Positions 1-8,194 of a stretch of 34,527 nt of DNA are shown here, piece after piece. The stretch lies in the IMG/VR virus record IMGVR_UViG_3300029702_000330, one strand, 5' to 3'. Below the pieces are notes generated by a model, which was not told the origin of the DNA, made no database searches, and saw only the letters and a list, made by a program, of their open reading frames with translations. Numbering within the stretch: the stretch's first letter is position 1; each line of letters begins with the position of its first letter. Origin of the DNA: a virus. Lineage: Duplodnaviria > Heunggongvirae > Uroviricota > Caudoviricetes. The translations under genes were made by a program, and so were the position numbers.

Positions 1-19
1 CTATTTGATAAATATTAAA

Positions 20-1315
20 TTAATTTTTCATTGCTTCGTTATGGGGCATGGTTGGGGCAAACTCGCTTAACTGTGTATTTAACAAAGCTACCTGTGCATT
101 ATTGTTTTCAGACATCCATTTTCCGTATACCTGAAATACCATTTGCGCATCTGCATGGCCCATCTGGTTTGCTATAAATGCCGGGTTAGCACCAGCTGTC
201 AGCGACCAGCAGGCATAAGTATGTCTCGACTGATATGATTTTCGATGGCGGAGTCCGGCACGTTTTATCGCTGCGTCCCACATCTGCCTTATTGAGTCAA
301 CGGTAAAATGGTCACCATAATTTTTTACTCTCGCTGACACTTCAGGTTGAAAAACAAAGGTGCATTTTTGTTTTTCTGTTCTGCCATACTCTCTGAGGTG
401 AACATCAATGATATGCTCTTTGCTCAGTCTCGTTAATGTCATCTGACTCCGGAGAGCGTCGATTGCTGGCTTAATAAGATGAATGACCCGATTGGTTCCC
501 GCCTGTGTTTTTGGTACCGTGAAACGGTCTTTTGCTAAATTTCTCCTGATCATCATTGTTCCATTTTTCAGATCTATGTCCTCCCATCCAAGTGCACACA
601 GCTCACCAGGGCGAACGCCAGTATAAACAGAAACACACCATAAATTTTTTGCTTGCTGATTTCTGCATGCATCGATAAGACGGATAAATTCCTCCCGCGA
701 AAGAGGATCCGGAATGGTTCTTGATTCCTTTAATGGCGAGATCCCCTTAAACGGATTATCTGCCAGGTAACCGTTATCAACACCAAACTGGAACACGGCG
801 TTAAGATTTGTCATGTAATTATTTACAGTTACAGCCGATCTCCCTGGTTGTGTAACAATATAGTTACTTTTGGGGATCTGGTATCCAGTCAGTAGCTCTT
901 TACGAACCTCCAGTAATTTTTCTTTATTAATCGATGAGGCAAGATTTTTTTCACCGATTATGCTCAGGATATTTTTGATGACGGCACGGTATGTGTTGAG
1001 TGATGTTTTGGCGACTTCAGTTTCTTTCAGTGCCAGAAATTTTTCAGCCAGTTCTTTTATGGTTAAATCTTGTCGGGCCTCACCAAATTTTTCCAGATTG
1101 CGTGAGGAGGGAAACTGTTTTGCATAGTCGAAAACACCAGTTTTTATTGCGTAACAAACAGAGGAGCGTAGTTCACCTGCAACGCGCCTGTTTTTTGCTG
1201 TGTCAGGAACCCCCAGATTTTCCCTGACTCTTACGCCTTTATAAACAAACCAGATACGTAATTTCCCTCCATGGTTTTCCACGCCTGTCGGATATTTCAT
1301 TTCAACTTCTCTCAT
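20..1315 (-). CDS. Phage tyrosine integrase (site-specific recombinase); true start may be the internal Met at 1300
   Basis: 431-aa ORF at the window edge; N-terminal 'YPTGVE...GKLRIWF' arm-binding style and C-terminal catalytic region (R...H..R...Y pattern) typical of lambdoid/Rac-type integrases; followed on the same strand by an excisionase-like ORF. Confidence 0.85.
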   Translation of the reverse strand: MREVEMKYPTGVENHGGKLRIWFVYKGVRVRENLGVPDTAKNRRVAGELRSSVCYAIKTGVFDYAKQFPSSRNLEKFGEARQDLTIKELAEKFLALKETEVAKTSLNTYRAVIKNILSIIGEKNLASSINKEKLLEVRKELLTGYQIPKSNYIVTQPGRSAVTVNNYMTNLNAVFQFGVDNGYLADNPFKGISPLKESRTIPDPLSREEFIRLIDACRNQQAKNLWCVSVYTGVRPGELCALGWEDIDLKNGTMMIRRNLAKDRFTVPKTQAGTNRVIHLIKPAIDALRSQMTLTRLSKEHIIDVHLREYGRTEKQKCTFVFQPEVSARVKNYGDHFTVDSIRQMWDAAIKRAGLRHRKSYQSRHTYACWSLTAGANPAFIANQMGHADAQMVFQVYGKWMSENNNAQVALLNTQLSEFAPTMPHNEAMKN

Positions 1316-1334
1316 TAGTTAGTGTGGCTTTTAG

Positions 1335-1586
1335 TCAAGTAAGATGACGTCTTGGTCTCGCTGATGCCTGGCGCTCAATCCAGCGATCAATTTCTTCCAG
1401 GTTGTAAAAGCATGGACTGTTATCCCATGGCATACCGTCATGAGCGACATGCTTATATTCCCTTCCTTCCATAAACGATTTTTCCCGGGCCTTTTTTAAC
1501 GTACCTTTTTTTATTCCTTTCAGCGCAATTAACTGCTCTTCGGATACCCATTTGCCGGGAGAGACAATCATGATTACTTCGCTCAT
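1335..1586 (-). CDS. Excisionase-like small DNA-binding protein (Xis/AlpA-like)
   Basis: 83-aa basic ORF immediately upstream of int on the same strand, the classic int-xis arrangement. Confidence 0.6.
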   Translation of the reverse strand: MSEVIMIVSPGKWVSEEQLIALKGIKKGTLKKAREKSFMEGREYKHVAHDGMPWDNSPCFYNLEEIDRWIERQASARPRRHLT

Positions 1587-1658
1587 CGATTTCTTTATCT
1601 CTTACATCAGACGAGCGCCGGTTGCAGAATACCAGTCACAACCGGCGACAGTTGAACA

Positions 1659-4130
1659 TTAAGAATCAGCCTGACTCGGGATCAGTTTTTGCCAGATAAC
1701 TGAAACGTATTTTGCCTGGTAACGGGCGTCATCAAGTGCATTATGGCGCTCACCTTCGAATGGAATAGCCGTTCTGGCATCGAAGTCTATGGCTTTCCCC
1801 AGCTCAACGATTGTGCGTACATCGCGATCGTTGTAGTAACGCCACGGGCAGGGGAGCCCCTGCCGTTCGTATGAACGGCGCAAAATCGTGTTGTCGAAGT
1901 TGGCTCCATTTCCCCAAACCTGAACAAAAAATTCACCGGAGTTTTCGTCGATAAATTCCCGCAATTGTAACAGTGCATCATCTAACGGGATTTCATCGGT
2001 CATAATGGCAGATTGCGCTTCGCGTGATTGCTTAAGCCACCATTTAATGGTGTCCCGATCAATGACTCCGCCAGCAGTTTCCAGATCGATAGTCTTACTA
2101 AATTCCGGTCCCATATCTCCGGTTTGCGGATCGAAAAATATTGCACCTATTGAGATGATCGGCGCATCAGGATTTTTTCCCATGGTTTCAAGGTCGATCA
2201 TTAGATGGTCACACGTCCTGCTGGTGGATGTGATTTCGTGATGACCGTTCACCTTAATTGGGTGATCTGCCGTCTCGCCAGTTTCATTATCGCTATTGTG
2301 ATGCTGATTGCCGCCAGTGTTCTCCTTGTGTGGATGTTCAGCGCCTTCCATTTCCTCCGGATCATCTTCCTGAACTTCAACCTGATACTCTTCATCGAAT
2401 GTTTCTTGGTATGTTGCGTCGCCCATCACCGCGCCACAATCAGGGCAGTTGCCGCCGCCGGTCTGACCGCAGGCGGTGCAGGCTTTTTCCACTTCCTGGT
2501 GCGCCACTGGTTCAGGCTGTTTCGTTTCTGGCTCGTTTTGTAACGCATTTGGACTGTTTTGTTCCGCTTTTTGGTAGTTCCGTTCCGATTCATGCTGGTT
2601 CTGGTTCACAGAATCGCGGGTCTGGATCCCCTTAACCCATTTCGGATCATTCGGGTCACTAATCCCTTCAACAAATTCACCACGTGATGCAGCAAGCAAC
2701 TTATCGGCGTCAGGCTGGCTGATATTGGCTGCCTGCATAATTTTGTTTACTTCGTCAGCGGTAACTTTTATCGGCTCTGGTTGTTCTGAATCTTCAGCGG
2801 TATCTACATTTTGCGGTAAGCCCGTGTATGTGCCATTTTTTCGGGCAAAATATTCTTCTTTTGTGATTTCAGTGGCGCCAGCAGCCAGTGCCTTATCCAG
2901 ACCAGAAAGTTTGTTTGCGCGACCGTATTTTTCTCCGTCCTTATCTGCGAAGAGGAAATAGAACGGCCCCTCACGCTCTACAGATGGTTCAGCTTCCGGC
3001 GCGGTTTCATTTTTTGGGATATCAGATACCTCAGTTTCCACTGCATCAGTTTGTGTTTCTGATGACTGGAGAACATCAACAGTGCCCAGGTCTGTTTCTT
3101 CATTCTCAAACACGCCCTTTGTCGTCAGGTATTCGCAGATATATTTGTTCAGTGCTACGGGATCTTTGTGAATGTCGATCGGACGCTCACGGACAAGGCC
3201 AAAAATAGTTTGGCGGTCGTAGCGAAGGGCATCAGGCTGTTTGCGCATTGATGCCGAGATACGCTTCCAGTCTTCGCGGTCGTTGTCGATAACTTCTTTT
3301 TTTGCCCAGCGATGGATGCTGCCGTCAATGTTTCTGGCATCCACATCACCAGGCCAGAGAGCGTAGGCCAGTTCGTCATCCAGTGTTTTCCATGTCTGCT
3401 TGTATTCGCGATGAATGGCAGCAATGACCGGGCTGATTTTTCCTGTTGAATTTTCAGTGTACTGTTGATTGGCTCTGGCGCGGGCGAGATCAACAACAGA
3501 CGTGTATTTTCCGGTTTCCTTGCGTTCACCTTCGCGACGTTTTTTCCAGATGCGCATCTCTGCCTGAATTTCGGGCCATTTAGCACCAGGAATACATTTA
3601 TGCTTAACCCACCCAATGGCGTGCAACTTAAGCTCCGGATACATGGCGTTAACTTCTGGCATTTTCATCAACGCTTCAACGATATGTCCGTCGAATGTTG
3701 CCATGTCTTCCTGCAACAATTCCTGTGCGCTAATAACCATATCAACGGTGATGTTTTCACATGTGTCGAACTTAACCATGACAGCGTTCTGTACTTCAGG
3801 GGCCAGCTTGTCAAAAGTGACGTTCATCGGATCGGATTCAGTCTCAACCGGGACAAAAGAAGCAGACTCCTCATCCCAGCGGTTTTCCTGCATATATTCA
3901 GCATCCCATGAATCGAGGGCAGGGCGGGGTATGCCAGGTTTATCCTCGCAGACGATAAATTTATAAGCGCAGTCCTGAGCAGCCGGATAATGTTCCAGGA
4001 ATTGCCAGTGAAATTTTGCTCGAGCACGGCGTTCGTCGCCAGCTTCAATGGCTGTGGCTACAGCCACAGCGCCTTCTTCCCTTGTTGCCAGTTCGTCAGG
4101 AATAGCGGCGCAAATAAAGACTTTACTCAT
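1659..4130 (-). CDS. Large phage exonuclease with C-terminal DnaQ-like (DEDDh) 3'-5' exonuclease domain; commonly annotated exodeoxyribonuclease VIII-like in prophages
   Basis: 823-aa ORF; C-terminus shows Exo I 'MIDLETMG', Exo II 'VWGNGANFDNTIL' and Exo III 'HNALDDARY' motifs; central acidic low-complexity linker and a CxxC...CxxC zinc-ribbon ('CTACGQ...CPDCG'). Confidence 0.7.
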   Translation of the reverse strand: MSKVFICAAIPDELATREEGAVAVATAIEAGDERRARAKFHWQFLEHYPAAQDCAYKFIVCEDKPGIPRPALDSWDAEYMQENRWDEESASFVPVETESDPMNVTFDKLAPEVQNAVMVKFDTCENITVDMVISAQELLQEDMATFDGHIVEALMKMPEVNAMYPELKLHAIGWVKHKCIPGAKWPEIQAEMRIWKKRREGERKETGKYTSVVDLARARANQQYTENSTGKISPVIAAIHREYKQTWKTLDDELAYALWPGDVDARNIDGSIHRWAKKEVIDNDREDWKRISASMRKQPDALRYDRQTIFGLVRERPIDIHKDPVALNKYICEYLTTKGVFENEETDLGTVDVLQSSETQTDAVETEVSDIPKNETAPEAEPSVEREGPFYFLFADKDGEKYGRANKLSGLDKALAAGATEITKEEYFARKNGTYTGLPQNVDTAEDSEQPEPIKVTADEVNKIMQAANISQPDADKLLAASRGEFVEGISDPNDPKWVKGIQTRDSVNQNQHESERNYQKAEQNSPNALQNEPETKQPEPVAHQEVEKACTACGQTGGGNCPDCGAVMGDATYQETFDEEYQVEVQEDDPEEMEGAEHPHKENTGGNQHHNSDNETGETADHPIKVNGHHEITSTSRTCDHLMIDLETMGKNPDAPIISIGAIFFDPQTGDMGPEFSKTIDLETAGGVIDRDTIKWWLKQSREAQSAIMTDEIPLDDALLQLREFIDENSGEFFVQVWGNGANFDNTILRRSYERQGLPCPWRYYNDRDVRTIVELGKAIDFDARTAIPFEGERHNALDDARYQAKYVSVIWQKLIPSQADS

Positions 4131-4223
4131 TTTGTTTTAACCTCATGACAGATTTAAGGATGAACAAATCCCTGCCATTGCTGGCATATAAAAATGAAAC
4201 CGGATATTTATTACGGAACTGTT

Positions 4224-4415
4224 TTAAAGACCTGCCGGGATTTCGATATTATCCTGGTGAATAACTTTATCGACCGGGTAACAGTTACCGGGAATTTTCT
4301 GTTCGGTTGCTGCAGTCATACACTCCTGCATTGTCCTGTGAACACTGACTGCAATATCAACTGGCACTCCGGAAACAAGAAAAACTGTCAGAACAAGTGC
4401 AAATGCTGAATTCAT
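4224..4415 (-). CDS. Hypothetical small protein with N-terminal signal-peptide-like hydrophobic segment (63 aa)
   Basis: 'MNSAFALVLTVFLVSG...' hydrophobic N-terminus; AAGGA-like RBS; ATGA overlap with the upstream small ORF. Confidence 0.3.
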   Translation of the reverse strand: MNSAFALVLTVFLVSGVPVDIAVSVHRTMQECMTAATEQKIPGNCYPVDKVIHQDNIEIPAGL

Positions 4416-4600
4416 TGTGCACATCCTTTTGGCATCAGACGTAAACGAGCCAGCATTGAAACAATGCATATTTTATTTAATAGCTCCCGTTCTTGTTTTC
4501 TCTTGTTAATGGCATCTTCAGTAAATACAGGGTTACTGATAGTGACACCAATTTCAAAACAACCTTCAGACGTATTAACGTTTGGTAATAACGTTTTCAT
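4412..4600 (-). CDS. Hypothetical small early-left protein (62 aa)
   Basis: Internal Met of a 97-aa ORF preceded by GAGGA 7 nt upstream; stop overlaps the next start (ATGA), suggesting translational coupling. Confidence 0.3.
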   Translation of the reverse strand: MKTLLPNVNTSEGCFEIGVTISNPVFTEDAINKRKQERELLNKICIVSMLARLRLMPKGCAQ

Positions 4601-5086
4601 TATCGCGTCCTCAACAATGAATTTTGTGATGCAGTGCCTGGTGCCTCCAGGTGACGTTAACCAGTTAACAATTAACGTCGGATACAGAGAATCCACCCAT
4701 AACACTGTTTTTGGTTTTAACTGTTCCGCGTGCGCTTAGCCGCATTCACCGCATCACAAAATTCACTTTAAAAACGGCGGCAGAGCAGTCACGGAGTAAA
4801 ACTGATACCGCCAAACGTCACCAGAAAATTGATAACAGAGGGCGTTGCAGCGGGGTTGTCACTTAAGCGTATGGTCAACCTGACAACTCGGTGTCCTCAA
4901 CGGGGAAGGAATAACCCCGCCATACTTACCGCCGCGCCATTTTGCGGGTTGCCACAACCGGAAGCGCACGGTCGAATTAAATTTAACGACACCGTACAGT
5001 GAGACGAACTTCGCCGTGCGCTTTCGTGTTGTGTGCCTGCTTTTAACCACGTCAGGCGAGGTGGTATCCTTAAAATCACCACAGTT

Positions 5087-5662
5087 TTAAGGATTCATTA
5101 AGCAATGTCGCAACCACCAATAAATCCGCTTAAGAACATGAAAATTGATTACTGGTATAAAGCGCTTACAGTTGTTGGCGCTGCGTTGTTTGTCTTTAAT
5201 GGAACGTCTTTTTTTGACAGATATCCCGTTGTTCCATTGGGTTTTTTGTCCTCCGGCATCTTTTTTATTGGTTTGGGGGAGTGGATTAATCACCCTCTCA
5301 AAGTGAGATTTATTGATCCTGGAGTTTGGACTCGTGGATATAATCGTTCTTCGTGCGCACTCAGTATCATCTTCGACATACTTGGTTGTTTCCTGATTGT
5401 TACAGGAGTCGTCAAGTTCTTCTGATGTAAAACCGCAAATGGGGCACGTAACGGGAATTTTGAAAAGCGTTTCTCCGGGTTCCAGAACAAAATTTTCTGC
5501 GGTCTGATTTTGCTTCTCATATTTGTGCTCCGCGTCATTGTGAGAGCACATTCTTATTCTGAGTGCCTGTTTAAACTCACTGAAGCTGAGAGCTTCTTCG
5601 CCTTCGGCAAGGCCTTCGAAGTATTCTTCGTAAGCCTTTTCCATGATTGTGTCGAAATCCAT
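5087..5662 (-). CDS. Hypothetical acidic protein with CxxC motif (191 aa from internal Met); C-terminal part overlaps an antisense membrane ORF
   Basis: Start ATG at 5662 lies 1 nt after the TGA of the upstream gene with GGTGA RBS; N-terminal 80 aa acidic with 'CPICGF'; C-terminal 110 aa is K/R/N-rich and may be antisense shadow. Confidence 0.4.
   Translation of the reverse strand: MDFDTIMEKAYEEYFEGLAEGEEALSFSEFKQALRIRMCSHNDAEHKYEKQNQTAENFVLEPGETLFKIPVTCPICGFTSEELDDSCNNQETTKYVEDDTECARRTIISTSPNSRINKSHFERVINPLPQTNKKDAGGQKTQWNNGISVKKRRSIKDKQRSANNCKRFIPVINFHVLKRIYWWLRHCLMNP
5105..5425 (+). CDS. Putative small integral membrane protein (about 3 TM segments), antisense to the 3' half of the 5087-5662 ORF
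   Basis: Three hydrophobic stretches ('ALTVVGAALFVF', 'VVPLGFLSSGIFFIGLG', 'ALSIIFDILGCFLIVTGVV'); RBS weak, so uncertain. Confidence 0.3.
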   Translation: MSQPPINPLKNMKIDYWYKALTVVGAALFVFNGTSFFDRYPVVPLGFLSSGIFFIGLGEWINHPLKVRFIDPGVWTRGYNRSSCALSIIFDILGCFLIVTGVVKFF

Positions 5663-5663
5663 A

Positions 5664-5819
5664 TCACTCACCTGAGTTTCTTTCCAGCCAGCGACGGGCA
5701 CCATTTTCGGTTTTAAACGTTTTGCTTTTGGTATACGTCATCGCGGTGAACGTGCCGTCCTGGTTGGGGAACACGCCACATACCAGAGATTCGCTGTTGC
5801 CAAGATCGATAGTATCCAT
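5664..5819 (-). CDS. Hypothetical small protein (51 aa), first gene of the leftward early operon
   Basis: Internal Met with GAGG 5 nt upstream; sits just downstream of an operator-like palindrome and is coupled to the next gene. Confidence 0.4.
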   Translation of the reverse strand: MDTIDLGNSESLVCGVFPNQDGTFTAMTYTKSKTFKTENGARRWLERNSGE

Positions 5820-5934
5820 GCTGACCTCATTTCCCCTTAACGCCGGGGTAGCGGAACTGTTTGCTGAGAACACCGTGCGGTGTCTTGATGGAAAGTAATT
5901 TAGAATAACCTAACATAAGAGGCAAGTGTTTTTT

Positions 5935-5950
5935 GTTAGATTAGTCTAAC
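5935..5950. promoter_or_regulatory. Operator-like 16-bp palindrome GTTAGA-N4-TCTAAC (distal, on the leftward-operon side of the repressor gene)
   Basis: Perfect inverted repeat read directly; same half-sites recur twice in the repressor/cro intergenic region. Confidence 0.45.
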
Positions 5951-5987
5951 AAAAAGAGTGGGCGCAACTAATCACTTGAAAAGAATG

Positions 5988-6395
5988 TTATTTTATTGAT
6001 TTATTTTTACGCGCTTTAAGCATTTCTTCGAAGAGTTTGTTGAAGTTTTCTACTCTTGCGCGCATTTCAGACAGCAAGGCTTCCTGCTCGGAAGATGGAA
6101 GAGCATCGAATAATTCGATCAATTCTTTGTGGTTGGGAGTTAGCTCTGTTTCCACATGAAGTTCTTGTGCCGGCACTGGTGCCTTGTCTTCGTCACCAAA
6201 CATTAGCCATGTAGGTGAGCACTTCAGAGCATCCGCTAAAGCAAACAATCGTTTTCCGACTGGCTGGGTTTCGTCTCTTTCCCATTGTGAAATTGTGACG
6301 TGAGCAACCCCAGCGAGGCGCGCAGCTTCTCGTTGTGTTAAGCGTAATTCTTTTCGTCGCGCCAGAACTCGCTGGCCTAGGGTTCTTGTATCCAT
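5988..6395 (-). CDS. Prophage repressor, XRE-family HTH (CI/DicA-like)
   Basis: 135-aa ORF with N-terminal HTH 'LRLTQREAARLAGVAHVTISQWERDE'; divergent from a Cro-like gene; resembles DicA of Qin from memory. Confidence 0.85.
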   Translation of the reverse strand: MDTRTLGQRVLARRKELRLTQREAARLAGVAHVTISQWERDETQPVGKRLFALADALKCSPTWLMFGDEDKAPVPAQELHVETELTPNHKELIELFDALPSSEQEALLSEMRARVENFNKLFEEMLKARKNKSIK

Positions 6396-6396
6396 A

Positions 6397-6461
6397 GTTA
6401 GGTAATTCTAATTTTTCTTGACTTAGGTATCCCGCGCACAATAATGTTAGAAAAGTCTAAC
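6397..6461. promoter_or_regulatory. Divergent promoter/operator region: two operator copies (6397-6412 imperfect GTTAGGTAATTCTAAT; 6446-6461 perfect GTTAGAAAAGTCTAAC) flanking a sigma70-like promoter (TTGACT 6418-6423, -10 CATAAT 6440-6445)
   Basis: Palindromes and promoter hexamers read directly; the perfect operator lies immediately downstream of the -10 and upstream of the Cro-like start. Confidence 0.5.
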
Positions 6462-6472
6462 AATAGGAGGCT

Positions 6473-6703
6473 TTGATGCTTAAAGCTGACGCAATTACTT
6501 TTTTTGGCAGCAAAACAAAGCTTGCCAATGCCGCAGGAGTGAGACTAGCAAGTGTTGCTGCTTGGGGGATACTGGTTCCTGAAGGTCGCGCGATGCGTCT
6601 ACAGGAGGCATCTGGCGGGGAGCTTCAGTATGATCCCAAAGTTTATGACGAATATCGTAAGACGAAGCGGGCGGGGCGGTTGAACAATGAAAATCACTCC
6701 TGA
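6473..6703 (+). CDS. Cro/DicC-like small regulatory protein
   Basis: 76-aa ORF divergent from the repressor with AGGAGG RBS; resembles DicC-type Cro analogues from memory. Confidence 0.7.
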   Translation: MMLKADAITFFGSKTKLANAAGVRLASVAAWGILVPEGRAMRLQEASGGELQYDPKVYDEYRKTKRAGRLNNENHS

Positions 6704-7208
6704 ACAGGCTCGTGAGGCTCTGGATGCCTGGATATGTCGACCAGGAATGACACAGGAGCAGGCGACGATATTAATCACTGAAGCATTCTGGGCTTTGAAA
6801 GAGCGCCCGAACATCGATGTTCAGCGTGTCACAGATGAAGGTGGCGCGGTTGATCAGCGAGCGCTTGGCGTTAATCGAGTGAAGATATTCGAACGCTGGA
6901 AGGCTATCGACACTAGGGATAAGCGTGAAAAGTTCACGGCGCTAGTGCCTGCAATTATGGAGGCTATCCGGATTAATGATTTCAGGTTGTATCGTGAAAT
7001 TAGTGACGGAAAAAGCATCACGTACATGATCGCCGGGTTAAACAAAGAATATGGCGATGTGGTGGAGTCCGGACTGCTTTTTGCTGATCCTGCCGTAGTG
7101 GATCGTGAAACTGACGAACTTATAGAAAAAGCAATTGCTTTCAAACTTGCGTATCGACTGCAATACCAACAAAAAGCTGGATGGAATTATGAGCCTTCTT
7201 TTTGCTGA
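6687..7208 (+). CDS. YdaT-like phage regulatory protein (tentative)
   Basis: 173-aa ORF overlapping the Cro-like stop by 17 nt; position and overall character match the YdaT family that follows Cro analogues in Rac-like prophages. Confidence 0.45.
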   Translation: MKITPEQAREALDAWICRPGMTQEQATILITEAFWALKERPNIDVQRVTDEGGAVDQRALGVNRVKIFERWKAIDTRDKREKFTALVPAIMEAIRINDFRLYREISDGKSITYMIAGLNKEYGDVVESGLLFADPAVVDRETDELIEKAIAFKLAYRLQYQQKAGWNYEPSFC

Positions 7209-8154
7209 ACGCCCACTGGTTATAAACACACAGCTTGCGATGAAGATTGGCTTAAATGAAGCCATTGTGTTGCAGCAGTTGCATTACTGGTTGAGAGATA
7301 CCAATTCCGGCATGGAATGTGATGGTGTTCGCTGGATTTACAACACAACGGAACAATGGCTGGAACAGTTCCCATTCTGGTCAGAGTCAACTTTAAAGCG
7401 CGCGTTTGCAAGTCTGAAAACGCTGGGGCTTTTGCGTTGTGAAAAGCTCAATAAATCAAAGCGCGATATGACCAATTTCTACACGATCAACTATGGGAGC
7501 GAGCTTTTAGATGGTGGCAAATTGAGCGAATCCATCGGTTCAAAATGCGCCGCTCCATCAGGTCAAAATGACACGATGGAAGAGGTCAAAATGAAACGCT
7601 CCATTGGTTCAAAACGACCCAATGTCATCGGGTCAAAATGGCCTGATGATCTTACAGAGAATACAACAGAGATTACTACAGAGAATAAAAACACTTTTCG
7701 TCCGGAAGCTTCGCAACCGGACCCGCAGACGACTGAACAGGATTTTTTAACCCGGAACTCCGACGCGGTTGTGTTTAGTGCGAAAAAACGCCAGTGGGGT
7801 AGCAGGGAGGATTTGGCGTGTGCGCAGTGGATCTGGGGGCGGATCGTGGGTCTCTACGAACAGGCAGCCAGTGATGATGGCGAGATCATGCGACCAAAAG
7901 AGCCTAACTGGACTGCCTGGGCCAATGACGTGCGCACAATGCGGATGCTGGATGGCAGAAGCCACAGACAAATTTGCGAAATGTTTGGTCGGGTACAGCG
8001 AGATCCATTCTGGGTAAAAAACATCATGAGCCCGTCAAAGCTTCGTGAAAAATGGGATGAACTGGTCATCCGTCTGGGGCGTTCGTCTGTACAGCGTTGT
8101 GTGAATCATATTTCTGAACCGGATACAGAAATTCCGCCTGGTTTCAGGGGATAA
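7189..8154 (+). CDS. Phage replication initiation protein / replisome organizer (O-like winged-helix N-terminus); ORF extends upstream to 7135
   Basis: N-terminal 'LAMKIGLNEAIVLQQLHYWL' helix-turn-helix typical of replisome-organizer initiators; gene contains iteron repeats; no DnaC/P-like helper follows. Confidence 0.7.
   Translation: MSLLFAERPLVINTQLAMKIGLNEAIVLQQLHYWLRDTNSGMECDGVRWIYNTTEQWLEQFPFWSESTLKRAFASLKTLGLLRCEKLNKSKRDMTNFYTINYGSELLDGGKLSESIGSKCAAPSGQNDTMEEVKMKRSIGSKRPNVIGSKWPDDLTENTTEITTENKNTFRPEASQPDPQTTEQDFLTRNSDAVVFSAKKRQWGSREDLACAQWIWGRIVGLYEQAASDDGEIMRPKEPNWTAWANDVRTMRMLDGRSHRQICEMFGRVQRDPFWVKNIMSPSKLREKWDELVIRLGRSSVQRCVNHISEPDTEIPPGFRG
7531..7640. repeat. Five direct iterons (consensus about TCCATCGGTTCAAAATG) at roughly 23-bp spacing inside the replication initiator gene; candidate replication origin
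   Basis: GGT(T)CAAAA core starts at 7538, 7561, 7584, 7606, 7631; encodes a repeated '...IGSK' peptide, as seen for ori-lambda within gene O. Confidence 0.6.
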
Positions 8155-8194
8155 GTGTTGATTTCAGGTCATGAGGTAATTTTAAGGGGGACTT

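Noticed and set aside
6193-6441. 82-aa - strand ORF overlapping the repressor gene and extending into the operator region
   Set aside because: Out-of-frame overlap with the well-supported HTH repressor; basic junk-like composition.
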